Assembly: GCA_035568375.1 (NCBI GenBank)
Contig: DATMOG010000046.1
Location: forward strand, 1-63,608
DNA from: Candidatus Sulfotelmatobacter sp.
GTDB taxonomy: Bacteria; Patescibacteriota; Microgenomatia; Levybacterales; UBA12049
Direction: 5' to 3'
Length of the DNA: 63,608 nt
Both the position numbers and the translations under genes were made by a program. Every line of letters starts with the position of its first letter. Positions within the stretch are counted from its first letter, which is position 1. Below, piece by piece: positions 20,115 to 29,839 of this stretch. The notes beneath the pieces were generated by a model that saw only the letters and a list, made by a program, of their open reading frames with translations, had not been told where the DNA came from and made no database searches.

Positions 20115-22064
20115 CTAATCGTATGCTTTGATGAACTCGATAGTACGATCTCTTTGCAAAAGAGCTTCTTTTGCTGCCGTTTCTAATTGCGTAAGGAGTT
20201 TTTCTAGCAGAAGCTTATCGGTAATAAGTGAGAGAACTGCTAAGCTGTTTCTTGCTTGTTGTATATGGAAAAAAATGTCAGTGACAACAGCATCAAGTAG
20301 TTCATACCAGAATAATATTTTTAGTTTCTTTGTTAGTTTTTTTAGAGAAAGAGGCTGTGGAGACGTTTTTTGTTTTTGGAGATACAAATGTACTAATCTT
20401 GTAACGACAGGTGTCAACATCCCTTTTGTAAAGTCTTCTTCATAATCATGTGCATCATCATTAAGTTGTTTAGCAATAAGGTAATGGCGAAAAAATGTGA
20501 GAAAAGAGGCTATTTGTATCTCATTTTGTTTTAGATGATACATAATTGCAAGAGGTCCAAGTGCATGTCCGAGCGAACGGTTAGCAATGATCTCTTGATT
20601 GTGTTCCCAATCAGGTAGCTGTAATGTGGTAAGAGACATTTTTTTTTCTGGAATAAATCGTGCATTCGTTAGTTCCCAGAGATTCGCGCTTTCTATCCCA
20701 TCCATTATTTTTTTATAGTGTTTATCAAATAGTGAACCTTGTGGAAAAAGGGAGATAAAAAGAACGGTAAGTTCTCGCAGACAGATATTTGCAACAGCGA
20801 GTGTTTTTTTATCTCCGTGGTCGTCTAAAAAATCATCATAAATAGTGTAGGCAATCCATCCCAATAGATTTGCATAACCTAATTGGATCAGGAATGTATT
20901 TGAAATCTTCTGTTGGTGTTTTTTTGCAATGCTTTGAGCAAAAAAAAAGGGTAAGAGCGTGATTTGTCTTAAAACGTCAGTTTTTGTTACCCGTTCTATC
21001 ATATGAGAAAACTGAGATGCTATCTGGCTATCATGGGACTTGGTAAAATGAATTGCTTTTGACAGTATCTTTTTATGCATCTTGCTAGTTTTTATTTCTT
21101 GTTGACGGTTAAGAAAAAATTGTTTTTTGTCTTGAGTGTATGGAAATAACGCTTCTATGCAAAAAGCAGTCGTTAATGCTAATGATCCTGCATAAAATGG
21201 TTTATTCCGTTTTGGATTCACACCGGTATAAAATGGTACAGCCTGCCACGAACCGTTTTGTTGTTGCAACTTTTGTAAAAATGCTACAGCAGACAAGAGT
21301 TTTTGTGGATTGACTTCCCAATTTCGTAGAGCGATGAGACACAAAGCAGTATCAAGAGGATTTCCCCAAGCGCCTTGTACTTGTTTAGCAAAAAGTAGGT
21401 TTGTTACTGTGGTCACATATGGACCTCGATAAAAACGAGAGAGAAAATACAGGATCGGATAGACTGTTGGATAGTAAGGTGAGCAAAGTGTTTGTGCAAT
21501 AATGTTTTTTTCAAAAAACGTTGTGAGATTAGGAAGAGTAATCTTGTGTAAATGAAGAAAAAAAGCAATGTTTATGTTGACTGCCAGATCAACATCAGTC
21601 CATATGGAGGTAGCGTTTTTTGGAACAACCCATGTTTGATATGGACCCCCTTCTTTTTTTTCAAATGTTGTTAACAACGAAACGATTTTGGCAAGAATTG
21701 TACCGGTAATAAGCGTAGGGTCATATTGGTATAGTGCAGTAAGAGCACAAAACGTGTCATCTAAATCATCAGGGTAAGGCATCTGTTTTGTTTCTTGTGA
21801 ATTTCTTGCCCAATAATTAAATGTCCAATTTGTACTCTTTTGTGCGAGTAAAAAGGTAGCTGCACGCAGGGTAATATTTTTAATGTGTTCGTTTTCACTC
21901 TTTTGTAAATTGGTAAGACAGGAAAGGATAAGTGCCGTTGAAAAAACTGAATGAAAAGTAATCGCAGGTATAAATTGTGTAGGATCGGGAGAGGATAAGG
22001 ATAAAAAACTGCCATCTTTCTGTTGCTGATTTTGTAGAAAAGCAATACTTGCTTGTAAACTCAT
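20115..22064 (-). CDS. Fusion protein: N-terminal prenyltransferase/squalene-cyclase-repeat barrel plus C-terminal isoprenoid-synthase-fold domain with two Asp-rich motifs
   Basis: N-terminus: QW-like repeats (QQKDGSF, VQGAWGN, QQQNGSWQ) and PDDLDDTFCAL (DxDDT-like). C-terminus: YTIYDDFLDD (DDxxD) and QLNDDAHDYEED (second Asp-rich/NSE-like motif). The start overlaps the upstream kinase stop (ATGA). Confidence 0.5.
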   Translation of the reverse strand: MSLQASIAFLQNQQQKDGSFLSLSSPDPTQFIPAITFHSVFSTALILSCLTNLQKSENEHIKNITLRAATFLLAQKSTNWTFNYWARNSQETKQMPYPDDLDDTFCALTALYQYDPTLITGTILAKIVSLLTTFEKKEGGPYQTWVVPKNATSIWTDVDLAVNINIAFFLHLHKITLPNLTTFFEKNIIAQTLCSPYYPTVYPILYFLSRFYRGPYVTTVTNLLFAKQVQGAWGNPLDTALCLIALRNWEVNPQKLLSAVAFLQKLQQQNGSWQAVPFYTGVNPKRNKPFYAGSLALTTAFCIEALFPYTQDKKQFFLNRQQEIKTSKMHKKILSKAIHFTKSHDSQIASQFSHMIERVTKTDVLRQITLLPFFFAQSIAKKHQQKISNTFLIQLGYANLLGWIAYTIYDDFLDDHGDKKTLAVANICLRELTVLFISLFPQGSLFDKHYKKIMDGIESANLWELTNARFIPEKKMSLTTLQLPDWEHNQEIIANRSLGHALGPLAIMYHLKQNEIQIASFLTFFRHYLIAKQLNDDAHDYEEDFTKGMLTPVVTRLVHLYLQKQKTSPQPLSLKKLTKKLKILFWYELLDAVVTDIFFHIQQARNSLAVLSLITDKLLLEKLLTQLETAAKEALLQRDRTIEFIKAYD

Positions 22065-23464
22065 ACAGACTGTCCATGAGCATTTCCTAATGGAAAAGAA
22101 ACAGTAAATAGAGTGCCTTGTTTTTTGTTACTGGTAACTGTTATTTTTCCGCCAAATCCTTTTTCAATGATCTCTTTTGAAAGAGATAACCCGATTCCGG
22201 TACCTTTTTCCGGAGTTTTGGTGGTAAATAAGGGTTCAAAAATTGTCGCAAGATATTTTTTTTCTATTCCCCTACCCCAATCTTGTATTGTCAGCATTAC
22301 CTCATTGTTTTGTCTTGCAAGGGTTATTCCTACCACTCGTTTTTTCCTTCTACTTGCATCATAACTTTCTATTGCATTTGCAAGAAGGTTAAATATCAGT
22401 TGGCTAAATTTAATAGGATTCCCTGTAAGTAATAATGTGTTATCAAGGGTTGATTCGAGTATAACTTTATTCTCTTTTGTTTTAGAATCCATTATTTGTA
22501 TTACTTGTGTAATCTCAGAGGCCAATAGGAATTTTCTTTTTATTTCCTGATTCTGTATTTGTTTTCTTGCGGCATTGATAAAATTTTCTAAAGTTTTTGT
22601 TCCCATGATTGCTCTTTGTATATTTCTTTCGATATCAGACAATTCTGTTTTTATTAAGAGTTTATTTTTACTAAGTTCATGTAAATTTAATGAAACAAGG
22701 GTTAATGGGTTTGTTAAGTCATGAAATAATCCTGAAGCAATGCGTCCAAATTCAGCAAAACGATAGAGCTCTGTAATTTTTTCCAGTTGTGCTTGTTTTA
22801 ATTGTTGTGTTCTTGCTTCAACAAGTACTTCAAGAGAATTTTTCTGCCTTTTAAGTGCAGTTTCTGAAAGTCGAGCGCGCAAAAGTGCCTGCTCAGTTTC
22901 CCTGTTAAAGAGCCAAGATACGATTGCAATAATACTAAGGGTTACGCTATACCCAATTGCATTCGCAACAGTCTCTGGTTGGGTACGCCAATTTGTTATG
23001 ACAGAAAGGATATTATGTGTTTGTCCATAGACGAGGAAGATAATGATACAGGAAATAAATAAGGTTACCAGAAAAGCAACTCGGGAATTAATTAAAATAC
23101 CTGTCATGACAATAATAAGTGCATAACTTAATAATCCATTTGGAATTTCAGCACCCCATACATAGGATGAGTAAATAGTGATCAGAAGATAAAATCCAAT
23201 AAAAAAATACGCTACTATTTCTCCATTTCTTCGTCGAGACCAGAGATACGCTGTAATAAAGAGAAGAAAAATGCCTGTTATTTCTATTGATTCAAATCTA
23301 ATAAGTTTTTTTTGTGACAAGGTGACACTCCATGAAACAAGAGAAGCAATAAAGGATAAAAGAATAGAGCCAAGTAATAAAATCTGCAAAATTAACTCTC
23401 TTCGAGCCTTATCTTTATCTTGAGATCGTGAAATCAAAAAATTTTTACTGATCCAATTTTTCAT
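22061..23464 (-). CDS. Membrane sensor histidine kinase (polytopic N-terminus)
   Basis: About 6 TM helices, coiled-coil linker, H-box GLFHDLTNPL, N-box LLANAIES, G1 DWGRGI, G2 GTGIGLS. Confidence 0.8.
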   Translation of the reverse strand: MKNWISKNFLISRSQDKDKARRELILQILLLGSILLSFIASLVSWSVTLSQKKLIRFESIEITGIFLLFITAYLWSRRRNGEIVAYFFIGFYLLITIYSSYVWGAEIPNGLLSYALIIVMTGILINSRVAFLVTLFISCIIIFLVYGQTHNILSVITNWRTQPETVANAIGYSVTLSIIAIVSWLFNRETEQALLRARLSETALKRQKNSLEVLVEARTQQLKQAQLEKITELYRFAEFGRIASGLFHDLTNPLTLVSLNLHELSKNKLLIKTELSDIERNIQRAIMGTKTLENFINAARKQIQNQEIKRKFLLASEITQVIQIMDSKTKENKVILESTLDNTLLLTGNPIKFSQLIFNLLANAIESYDASRRKKRVVGITLARQNNEVMLTIQDWGRGIEKKYLATIFEPLFTTKTPEKGTGIGLSLSKEIIEKGFGGKITVTSNKKQGTLFTVSFPLGNAHGQSV

Positions 23465-23595
23465 CCCCTTATTTTAGGAAATTTTCATGTGTAAGTCTAT
23501 GTGTAATTAGCCTTATCTTACAAATTATCACTCTAATCATTGTGCTTTTAGAAGCAAATAAAGACAAAAAACAGCATAGACTTACCTATTTTTCT

Positions 23596-23700
23596 TTATG
23601 CCCATGGAGTAAGCAGTAAGGTATCCAATGCTACTGTTTCCATTTCCTTTTTATTTCTTGCGCTTTTTTTTGTCAAAACGTTTGTTACTATTTCATTCAT
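23596..23700 (-). CDS. Candidate 34-aa small ORF between response regulator and kinase
   Basis: Below the ORF-track cutoff. ATG at 23700-23698 is preceded by AAGGGGGTGAAAAAAC (strong SD). Peptide: MNEIVTNVLTKKSARNKKEMETVALDTLLLTPWA. Confidence 0.3.
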   Translation of the reverse strand: MNEIVTNVLTKKSARNKKEMETVALDTLLLTPWA

Positions 23701-23718
23701 GTTTTTTCACCCCCTTTC

Positions 23719-24387
23719 TTATGCCTCCAGCTTATATCCTATTCCATGTACTGTTTTTATGAGTTTTTTATTAAAATCCTTATCTATTTGATCACGTAAA
23801 TATTTAATATGTACATCGACAATATTAGTAAGAGCATCAGTATCAGATTCCCATACATGATTTAAGATCATATCTCTGGTGATAACGCTTCCTACATTAC
23901 GTGCAAGGTATTCAAGAAGATAAAACTCTTTTTTTCGTAAGGAAATGATTTTATTATTTCGTATGACTTGTTTTGTATCAAAATCTATCTGCAAATCAGC
24001 AATAGTTAACACATTGGCGTTGAAAACATTTTTTTGCCGTCGTAATACTGCTCTAATTCTTGATAACAATTCAGGTAAGTGAAAAGGCTTGGTTATGTAG
24101 TCATCAGCACCTATATTAAGAGTAGCAACCTTTGTAGAGTGATCAAGTTTGCCTGTTAATATGATAATAGGGGTATGAATTTTTGCTTTGCGAAGCATCC
24201 TGCAAATTTCTATACCATCAATATCCGGAAGGACGATATCTAAAATAATAATGTCATAGTCGTTGATATGGGCAAGATATTCTCCCTGTTTTCCGTTATG
24301 AGCTATTTCAACAATAAAATATTTTGATAGTTCTTCCTGTAACGTCTGAACAAGTTCTTTGTTATCATCTATCAAAAGTAATTTCAT
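23719..24387 (-). CDS. OmpR-family response regulator (receiver + winged-helix)
   Basis: Receiver LLIDDN...IILDIVLPDIDG. C-terminal trans_reg_C pattern VHIKYLRDQID...TVHGIGYKLE. Confidence 0.85.
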   Translation of the reverse strand: MKLLLIDDNKELVQTLQEELSKYFIVEIAHNGKQGEYLAHINDYDIIILDIVLPDIDGIEICRMLRKAKIHTPIIILTGKLDHSTKVATLNIGADDYITKPFHLPELLSRIRAVLRRQKNVFNANVLTIADLQIDFDTKQVIRNNKIISLRKKEFYLLEYLARNVGSVITRDMILNHVWESDTDALTNIVDVHIKYLRDQIDKDFNKKLIKTVHGIGYKLEA

Positions 24388-24729
24388 GATTTTAACGTAT
24401 GAGAATACATTATTAAATAAACATTAAATAATTATTAAATTTTTCGTATTAGTATAATATTAGTACAATTATACTTATGAAAGCTTTTGTGTTTTATGTG
24501 GGGAATATTTTGTTTATAATTTTGGACAAATTTTGAAAATGAGTAAACGTAGAGATATGTATAGTCTTTCACGCAGCACCTAATCTTCGTAAGTATTTCT
24601 TTATTTGTGCCTCTGATGGTATTTGTCGGCATTGATACATCATATTTATTGTATCTCCTCTGTGACAATATCTTTAGATTACCCTTTTTTCTTTTCTCTT
24701 GGATAAATTCATGAGATACTATATATAGT

Positions 24730-25860
24730 ATGTTGCGTGCGTTATCTTACTATCTTCTTTTTTTTCTTTTCATTTGCAGTGTTTCTTTAGTGATAACACC
24801 TTCTAGTTTTGCGCAACAAGTATCCCCTACTCCTCCAAAATCTGAATTTATGAAAGCAACTGTTATAGGATCTGAAGGTGAGAAAAAGAATCCCTATTCT
24901 GATTATCAATCAACGATCCAGGTCTTAGATGTTGTAATTCTTGATGGATCTGATATCGGAAAGACAGTGCAGGTACAGTATGACGCACAACGCATTAATG
25001 ATCTTATTTTACATACCGGAGATACGGTAATACTTACAAAAACAAGTAGTGCTTCAGGGCCAGTAACCTATTCTATTGAGAGCAAGTATCGGTTAGCTCC
25101 CCTTTCTTTTATTGGAATAGCTTTTGTCTTGCTTGTTGTTTTTGTTGCTGGATGGAAAGGGATTGGTTCATTTATAGGATTAGGGATTAGTCTTGGGATT
25201 ATTTTTGTATATATCGTTCCGCAAATTCTTGCAGGGCAAGATCCATTACTTGTTTGTATGATCGGTGCAGTCGGTATCTTATTATTTACAACATATGCAG
25301 CACATGGCATCTCAAAACAAACAAGCATTGCACTTGTTTCTACCCTTTTGGCACTCTTTTTAACCTATGGGTTATCAGTTCTATTTGTGAAGCTCTCTTT
25401 ACTCACTGGATATATTGATGAAAATTCGATAGCTGTTCATTTTGGAACGGGACATTTGATTGATGTAAAAGGATTACTTCTTGGTGGTATTATTATCGGG
25501 ACGCTTGGTGCGTTAAATGATGTTACCACAACACAAGCTGCTACGATGTTTGAATTAGTAAGGACTGATAAGCAAGTTACTCGTAAACAACTTTTCAAAA
25601 AAGGCCTATTTGTTGGACGGGAACATGTTGTCTCATTGATAAACACCTTAGTGCTTGCTTATGCAGGATCATCTCTTACTGTTTTTCTTTTTCTTTTTTA
25701 TAATGCATCTTACTATCCTCTGTGGGTAATCCTCAATAGCGAAACGTTAAGTGAAGAAGTTGTACGAACAATTGCAGGAACAATGGGACTTGTTCTTGTA
25801 GTACCAATCGTTACTTTCATTGCAGCGTATTTTGCAACGAAAACACAAAAAAGCGTGTAA
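24730..25860 (+). CDS. YibE/F-family polytopic membrane protein
   Basis: Signal/anchor, soluble beta-rich N-domain, then about 7 TM helices with GALNDVTTTQAATMFEL. Confidence 0.65.
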   Translation: MLRALSYYLLFFLFICSVSLVITPSSFAQQVSPTPPKSEFMKATVIGSEGEKKNPYSDYQSTIQVLDVVILDGSDIGKTVQVQYDAQRINDLILHTGDTVILTKTSSASGPVTYSIESKYRLAPLSFIGIAFVLLVVFVAGWKGIGSFIGLGISLGIIFVYIVPQILAGQDPLLVCMIGAVGILLFTTYAAHGISKQTSIALVSTLLALFLTYGLSVLFVKLSLLTGYIDENSIAVHFGTGHLIDVKGLLLGGIIIGTLGALNDVTTTQAATMFELVRTDKQVTRKQLFKKGLFVGREHVVSLINTLVLAYAGSSLTVFLFLFYNASYYPLWVILNSETLSEEVVRTIAGTMGLVLVVPIVTFIAAYFATKTQKSV

Positions 25861-25916
25861 TGCATTTGACCTATGGAGGTAACAATTACAAAAATGCTCT
25901 GAGGTTATGAATACGT

Positions 25917-26777
25917 TTATCCTTCGATAGCAAACTTATTCTCTCTATCCGTATGGGAGAATGAACTATAAAAGTGAGGAGATATAATATGAGCGAGTGG
26001 AACGATCAATAAATAAGAAAGCGATGCTAATCCTGCGATAAAAAAACTCACCGGTCCGTGAAGCCATAATGCAAGGAATAATCCTCCCCAGGTAAAAAAT
26101 AATCCAAGCAGTATCGAGAAGAGAATAGTTATCAATGGACGTTTACTAATGTGTTGTGCGATTGCGGCAGGAGTAACCAAAAGAGCAAAAACTAACAAAA
26201 CGCCAACAATAAGAATTGCTTCAGTTACTGTTGCCGCAAGTAGTACCATGAACATATTTGAGAGAAATCGTACAGGTACTCCCCTTGCCTCTGCAACTTC
26301 TGGATCAACTGATGAGAAAAGAAGCGGTCGAAACATACAGATAACAAACAGAAGAGTTATCATTCCTGTCAGAACACTTAAGATCAGATCATACGAAGTA
26401 ACACTTAAAATTGATCCAAAGAGGATACCGACTGTCTCATTGGCATTGGTTGTGTAGAGTTTCAAAAATAACACACCAAGACCTAATGCAAAGGAGAGTA
26501 CCATACCAATTTCAACGTCTCTGCCTTGCAGGCGTTTTCCTAGTGTTCCCATACCAAGTGCAGCAATAATAGTGAAAAGAAAGGTCCCTGTTAGTGCGCT
26601 AACACCTAAAAGTGCAGCACCTGTTGCTCCGGCAAAACCGATATGGGAGAGTGCATGTCCTGCAAATGCTTGTGATCTCAAAACGACAAAATAGCCAACA
26701 ATAGCACAGACTATCGAAATAATTGTTCCGGCAAGAAAGGCATTTTGTACAAATTGATGCTGTAATAATTCAATCAT
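25917..26777 (-). CDS. Metal (Zn/Mn) ABC transporter permease, ABC-3 family
   Basis: 8-9 TM helices. FSSVDPEVAEARGVPV motif is shared with the adjacent paralog. Confidence 0.8.
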   Translation of the reverse strand: MIELLQHQFVQNAFLAGTIISIVCAIVGYFVVLRSQAFAGHALSHIGFAGATGAALLGVSALTGTFLFTIIAALGMGTLGKRLQGRDVEIGMVLSFALGLGVLFLKLYTTNANETVGILFGSILSVTSYDLILSVLTGMITLLFVICMFRPLLFSSVDPEVAEARGVPVRFLSNMFMVLLAATVTEAILIVGVLLVFALLVTPAAIAQHISKRPLITILFSILLGLFFTWGGLFLALWLHGPVSFFIAGLASLSYLLIVPLAHIISPHFYSSFSHTDRENKFAIEG

Positions 26778-27586
26778 AGTTTTTTACTCACTTTTGTTGT
26801 TACAAATAGTCGAATTGGTAAATAGACGCTAAAGGAAATGGTTGCAATAAAAAAGGAAACAGGTAAATTGGTAATTGCGGCTAAGTAAATACTTACCCAA
26901 CTGTAGAGTAACCCAAGTAGTATAGCAAGTCCAATTGCACTGTATGGGTTTTTCACAAGTCGCATTGCTGTTGCAGCAGGACCAATAAGAAGGGTGAAAA
27001 TAAGAAGGACGCCAACTACTTGTACCGAAATGGAAACAGTAATAGCAATAAGAACAAGAAAGAGTATTGAAAGAAACTGTACAGGCACTCCTCTTGCTTC
27101 TGCAACTTCTGGATCAAAAGAGCTAAAGAGTAAGGGTCGAAAAATGAGTGCAATTACCCCAATCGTTGCCATACTAAAAAATGCTGTGATGAAGACATTA
27201 TTTGAGCTAATGCCAAGGATTGTCCCAAAAAGAATACTGTATGCTTCTTCTGCGTACCCTGAATAAAGGAATAAAAAGAGCACACCAAAAGCAAGGGCTA
27301 AGGTAAAGATAATGCCGATGGGGACATCTCTTTCACGAAACTGTCTTCCTATCGATCCGATTGCAATTGCAGCAGCTATAGTAAAAGAAAGTAATCCCCA
27401 GAGAGGATTAATACCAAGCCATACAGCCCCTGCTGCTCCAGCAAAGCCTACGTGTGAAAATGCATGTCCAGCAAATGTTAACCCACGAGCAAGCATGAAG
27501 TATCCGACAATTGCAGCAACAATAGAAACAAAGAACGAGGCAATAAAGGCATTTTGGATAAATGAATATTGCAGAATATCAAACAT
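26774..27586 (-). CDS. Metal (Zn/Mn) ABC transporter permease, ABC-3 family (paralog)
   Basis: FSSFDPEVAEARGVPV. 4-nt overlap with the downstream permease. Confidence 0.8.
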   Translation of the reverse strand: MFDILQYSFIQNAFIASFFVSIVAAIVGYFMLARGLTFAGHAFSHVGFAGAAGAVWLGINPLWGLLSFTIAAAIAIGSIGRQFRERDVPIGIIFTLALAFGVLFLFLYSGYAEEAYSILFGTILGISSNNVFITAFFSMATIGVIALIFRPLLFSSFDPEVAEARGVPVQFLSILFLVLIAITVSISVQVVGVLLIFTLLIGPAATAMRLVKNPYSAIGLAILLGLLYSWVSIYLAAITNLPVSFFIATISFSVYLPIRLFVTTKVSKKL

Positions 27587-27591
27587 AGGTA

Positions 27592-28401
27592 TCAGTGTTC
27601 TTCTCCAATAACAAATAATCGTCCTTGTGCTTTTATGACCTCAACGGGTGACCCGTACAATTTTGTTAAGTTTTCATTTGTAATTACTTCATCAGGTTTT
27701 CCGATCGTACCATGGGTATTTGCGACATACAGTACCCTATCGATAACTGGTAACAAAAGATTAACATCATGGGTTACTAATAATACAGTCATTTTTCTAT
27801 TCCTGGCAATTTTGGTAATCAGCGAGACAATACCTTCCGAATGGATAATGTCTAAGCTTGCTAATGGTTCATCAAGAAGCAGAATTTCAGGATGTGTGAG
27901 CAGTGCTTGTGCAATGAGCAGTCGTTGCTGCTCTCCACCTGACAATTTGCCAACTGGCATACGAGCTAAATGCAACATATCAACTTCATCAAGTGCTTGT
28001 TCGATATGATGCTCACGTTTTGCGTTTGGTAGTGCAATCCCCCATTGATTACCGTCCAAGCCAAAACCAACGATATCTTTTGCCCGTAATGCAAGGTCAG
28101 CTTCAAGCGTTCTATGTTGAGGTGCATAACCGATTTTGTTATTACCTCTTTTTGGAGTTTTACCAAGGACCGTAATATTGCCGGAAGTAGGTTTATATAA
28201 CCCCAGAAGTAATTTAAGGAGTGTGCTTTTTCCTGCGCCGTTTGGGCCGAGAATTGCGATGAATTCACCTTCGTTGATGGTGAGTGAAATATTGTGGAGG
28301 ATTGTTCTTGCGCCTAATGTCAAATTTACATTTTCAAGCTCGATAGTTGTTGTTTGCATAAGTCTATTATAGCTAATGTTAGTGAGAGACGGTAGCTGCA
28401 A
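27592..28401 (-). CDS. Metal ABC transporter ATP-binding protein
   Basis: Walker A GPNGAGKST, signature LSGGEQQR, Walker B LLLDEP. The likely true start is the internal Met (MQTTTIELENV) at 28359, which removes the overlap with the SBP gene. Confidence 0.85.
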   Translation of the reverse strand: MQLPSLTNISYNRLMQTTTIELENVNLTLGARTILHNISLTINEGEFIAILGPNGAGKSTLLKLLLGLYKPTSGNITVLGKTPKRGNNKIGYAPQHRTLEADLALRAKDIVGFGLDGNQWGIALPNAKREHHIEQALDEVDMLHLARMPVGKLSGGEQQRLLIAQALLTHPEILLLDEPLASLDIIHSEGIVSLITKIARNRKMTVLLVTHDVNLLLPVIDRVLYVANTHGTIGKPDEVITNENLTKLYGSPVEVIKAQGRLFVIGEEH

Positions 28402-29308
28402 GAGCCTGTTGTAGCTTATTGAATTGATTCATCATCCACTCTTGATAATGGGTATTTTTTGGTAAGGTTTCGGTAACGGAAACGACTGGAATGTGTTGTT
28501 GTTTTGCTGCATTTTGTAAGTTTGTTGTAATTGGTGTTACCGTTTGTGCGTTATAGATAAGCACTTTTATTTGTTTTTTCGTTATTTGATCATTTGCTTT
28601 TGCCACATCATCTGCTGATGGATCATTTCCTTCTGCAATTGCTTTTTCAAAAGGAAAAGAAGTGAGGACGTTTAGATTCATAGGTTTTGTTTGATAGAGA
28701 TAAATTGTTTCAGTTAATCCAATAGGTGTTCCTTGATAGGTAGCCTTAATAACATTCATTTTTTTCGTCAAAGGTTGTAAAGAAGTAATAAATGTGTGGA
28801 GATTGTTAGCAAATGTTGCGCTGTCAGTAGGATCAGCTTTTTTCAATGCATCAGTTATTTTTGTTGCAATTGTTTGTACATTGTCAATGCCATACCATAC
28901 GTGAGGATTATCAGGTAATGTATGGTTTGCAATCATTGTCCCTGTTAAGACAACCCTGTTAGCATTAGGTGATGCAGAAAGAAGTTTATCCATCCAGGTA
29001 TCATATCCATCGCCATTTTTAATGACAATTTGTGCGGTTGAGACTGCTTTTGCATCTTTAACACTTGATTCATATTCATGTGGATCAGCATTAGGATCTG
29101 AAAGGATACTCATGATTTGTACTTTGTCCCCCCCCAGTTGCTTTGCGATATCTCCATAAAAGTTTTCTGCTGCGACTATTTGAATCGTTGTAGAGGAAGG
29201 AGTTGGTTGGTGTGTACGCTTTAAGAATAATCCTAATGCTCCTAAGAGTACGACTATTGTTATTGCGATGAGTGTTTTTTTCATAATTAATTTATTTGTT
29301 GTTGGCAA
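28379..29308 (-). CDS. Metal ABC transporter substrate-binding protein (ZnuA/TroA/MntC cluster A-I type)
   Basis: N-terminal anchor KKTLIAITIVVLLGALGL and the DPHEYE motif. The likely start is MKKTL at 29284. Confidence 0.8.
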   Translation of the reverse strand: MPTTNKLIMKKTLIAITIVVLLGALGLFLKRTHQPTPSSTTIQIVAAENFYGDIAKQLGGDKVQIMSILSDPNADPHEYESSVKDAKAVSTAQIVIKNGDGYDTWMDKLLSASPNANRVVLTGTMIANHTLPDNPHVWYGIDNVQTIATKITDALKKADPTDSATFANNLHTFITSLQPLTKKMNVIKATYQGTPIGLTETIYLYQTKPMNLNVLTSFPFEKAIAEGNDPSADDVAKANDQITKKQIKVLIYNAQTVTPITTNLQNAAKQQHIPVVSVTETLPKNTHYQEWMMNQFNKLQQALAATVSH

Positions 29309-29727
29309 GAACTACAAAGTCCGAAAAATTCAAGTGCGTGACTGGTAACTTTGAAATTTTTTTTCTTTTCAATATGCTTTTCAAGTACTTCAATATTGCA
29401 GTCGGAAATGTCCTGAATATCACCGCAATTGGTACAAACCAAATGGTGATGATCAGTTTTTGTTTGTAATTCGTATCGGGATTTTCCTTCATTGAGTTGC
29501 ACTGTTTTTAAAAGTCCTTTTTCGGTGAACATATTAACAATACGGAAAACAGTTGCCGGATCGGTTTTAATTTCTTTTTGATCGAGGTAGTCAATCATTG
29601 TTTGAACATCCAATGGTTTATCTGAAGACTCAAGTAATTTCATCAGAGCAATGCGTGCAGGAGTAGCTCGAAGATCTACTTCGTTTAATTCTGTTTTACA
29701 GTCATGTTGTATTTTTGCGTTTACCAT
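29287..29727 (-). CDS. Fur-family metalloregulator (Zur/Mur-like)
   Basis: Winged-helix N-terminus, HHHLVCTNCG...GLCSSC metal-site pattern. First gene of the metal ABC operon. Confidence 0.8.
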   Translation of the reverse strand: MVNAKIQHDCKTELNEVDLRATPARIALMKLLESSDKPLDVQTMIDYLDQKEIKTDPATVFRIVNMFTEKGLLKTVQLNEGKSRYELQTKTDHHHLVCTNCGDIQDISDCNIEVLEKHIEKKKNFKVTSHALEFFGLCSSCQQQIN

Positions 29728-29756
29728 AATGCGATCTTATCACAACTGCAAGGCAC

Positions 29757-29807
29757 TTGCAAGAGGATATTTTTTATATTATAATGCAAATAATTCGCAT
29801 TTGTCAA
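29757..29807. promoter_or_regulatory. Overlapping divergent promoters sharing a 19-bp Fur-type palindromic operator
   Basis: Plus strand: TTGCAA (29757-62) -N17- TATAAT (29780-85). Minus strand: TTGACA (29802-07) -N18- TATAAT (29778-83). Operator AATGCAAAT-A-ATTCGCATT at 29783-29801. Confidence 0.6.
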
Positions 29808-29839
29808 TTATGATAAATCCGGTTTTCTCTATCTAACCT

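Noticed and set aside
25917-29308. Many 60-146-aa ORFs in the track on the strand opposite the metal ABC genes (e.g. 26149-26457, 26994-27266, 27312-27611, 27569-28009, 28136-28372).
   Set aside because: They lie fully inside well-supported transporter genes and have no start context or motifs. Their composition mirrors the sense strand. They are shadow ORFs.
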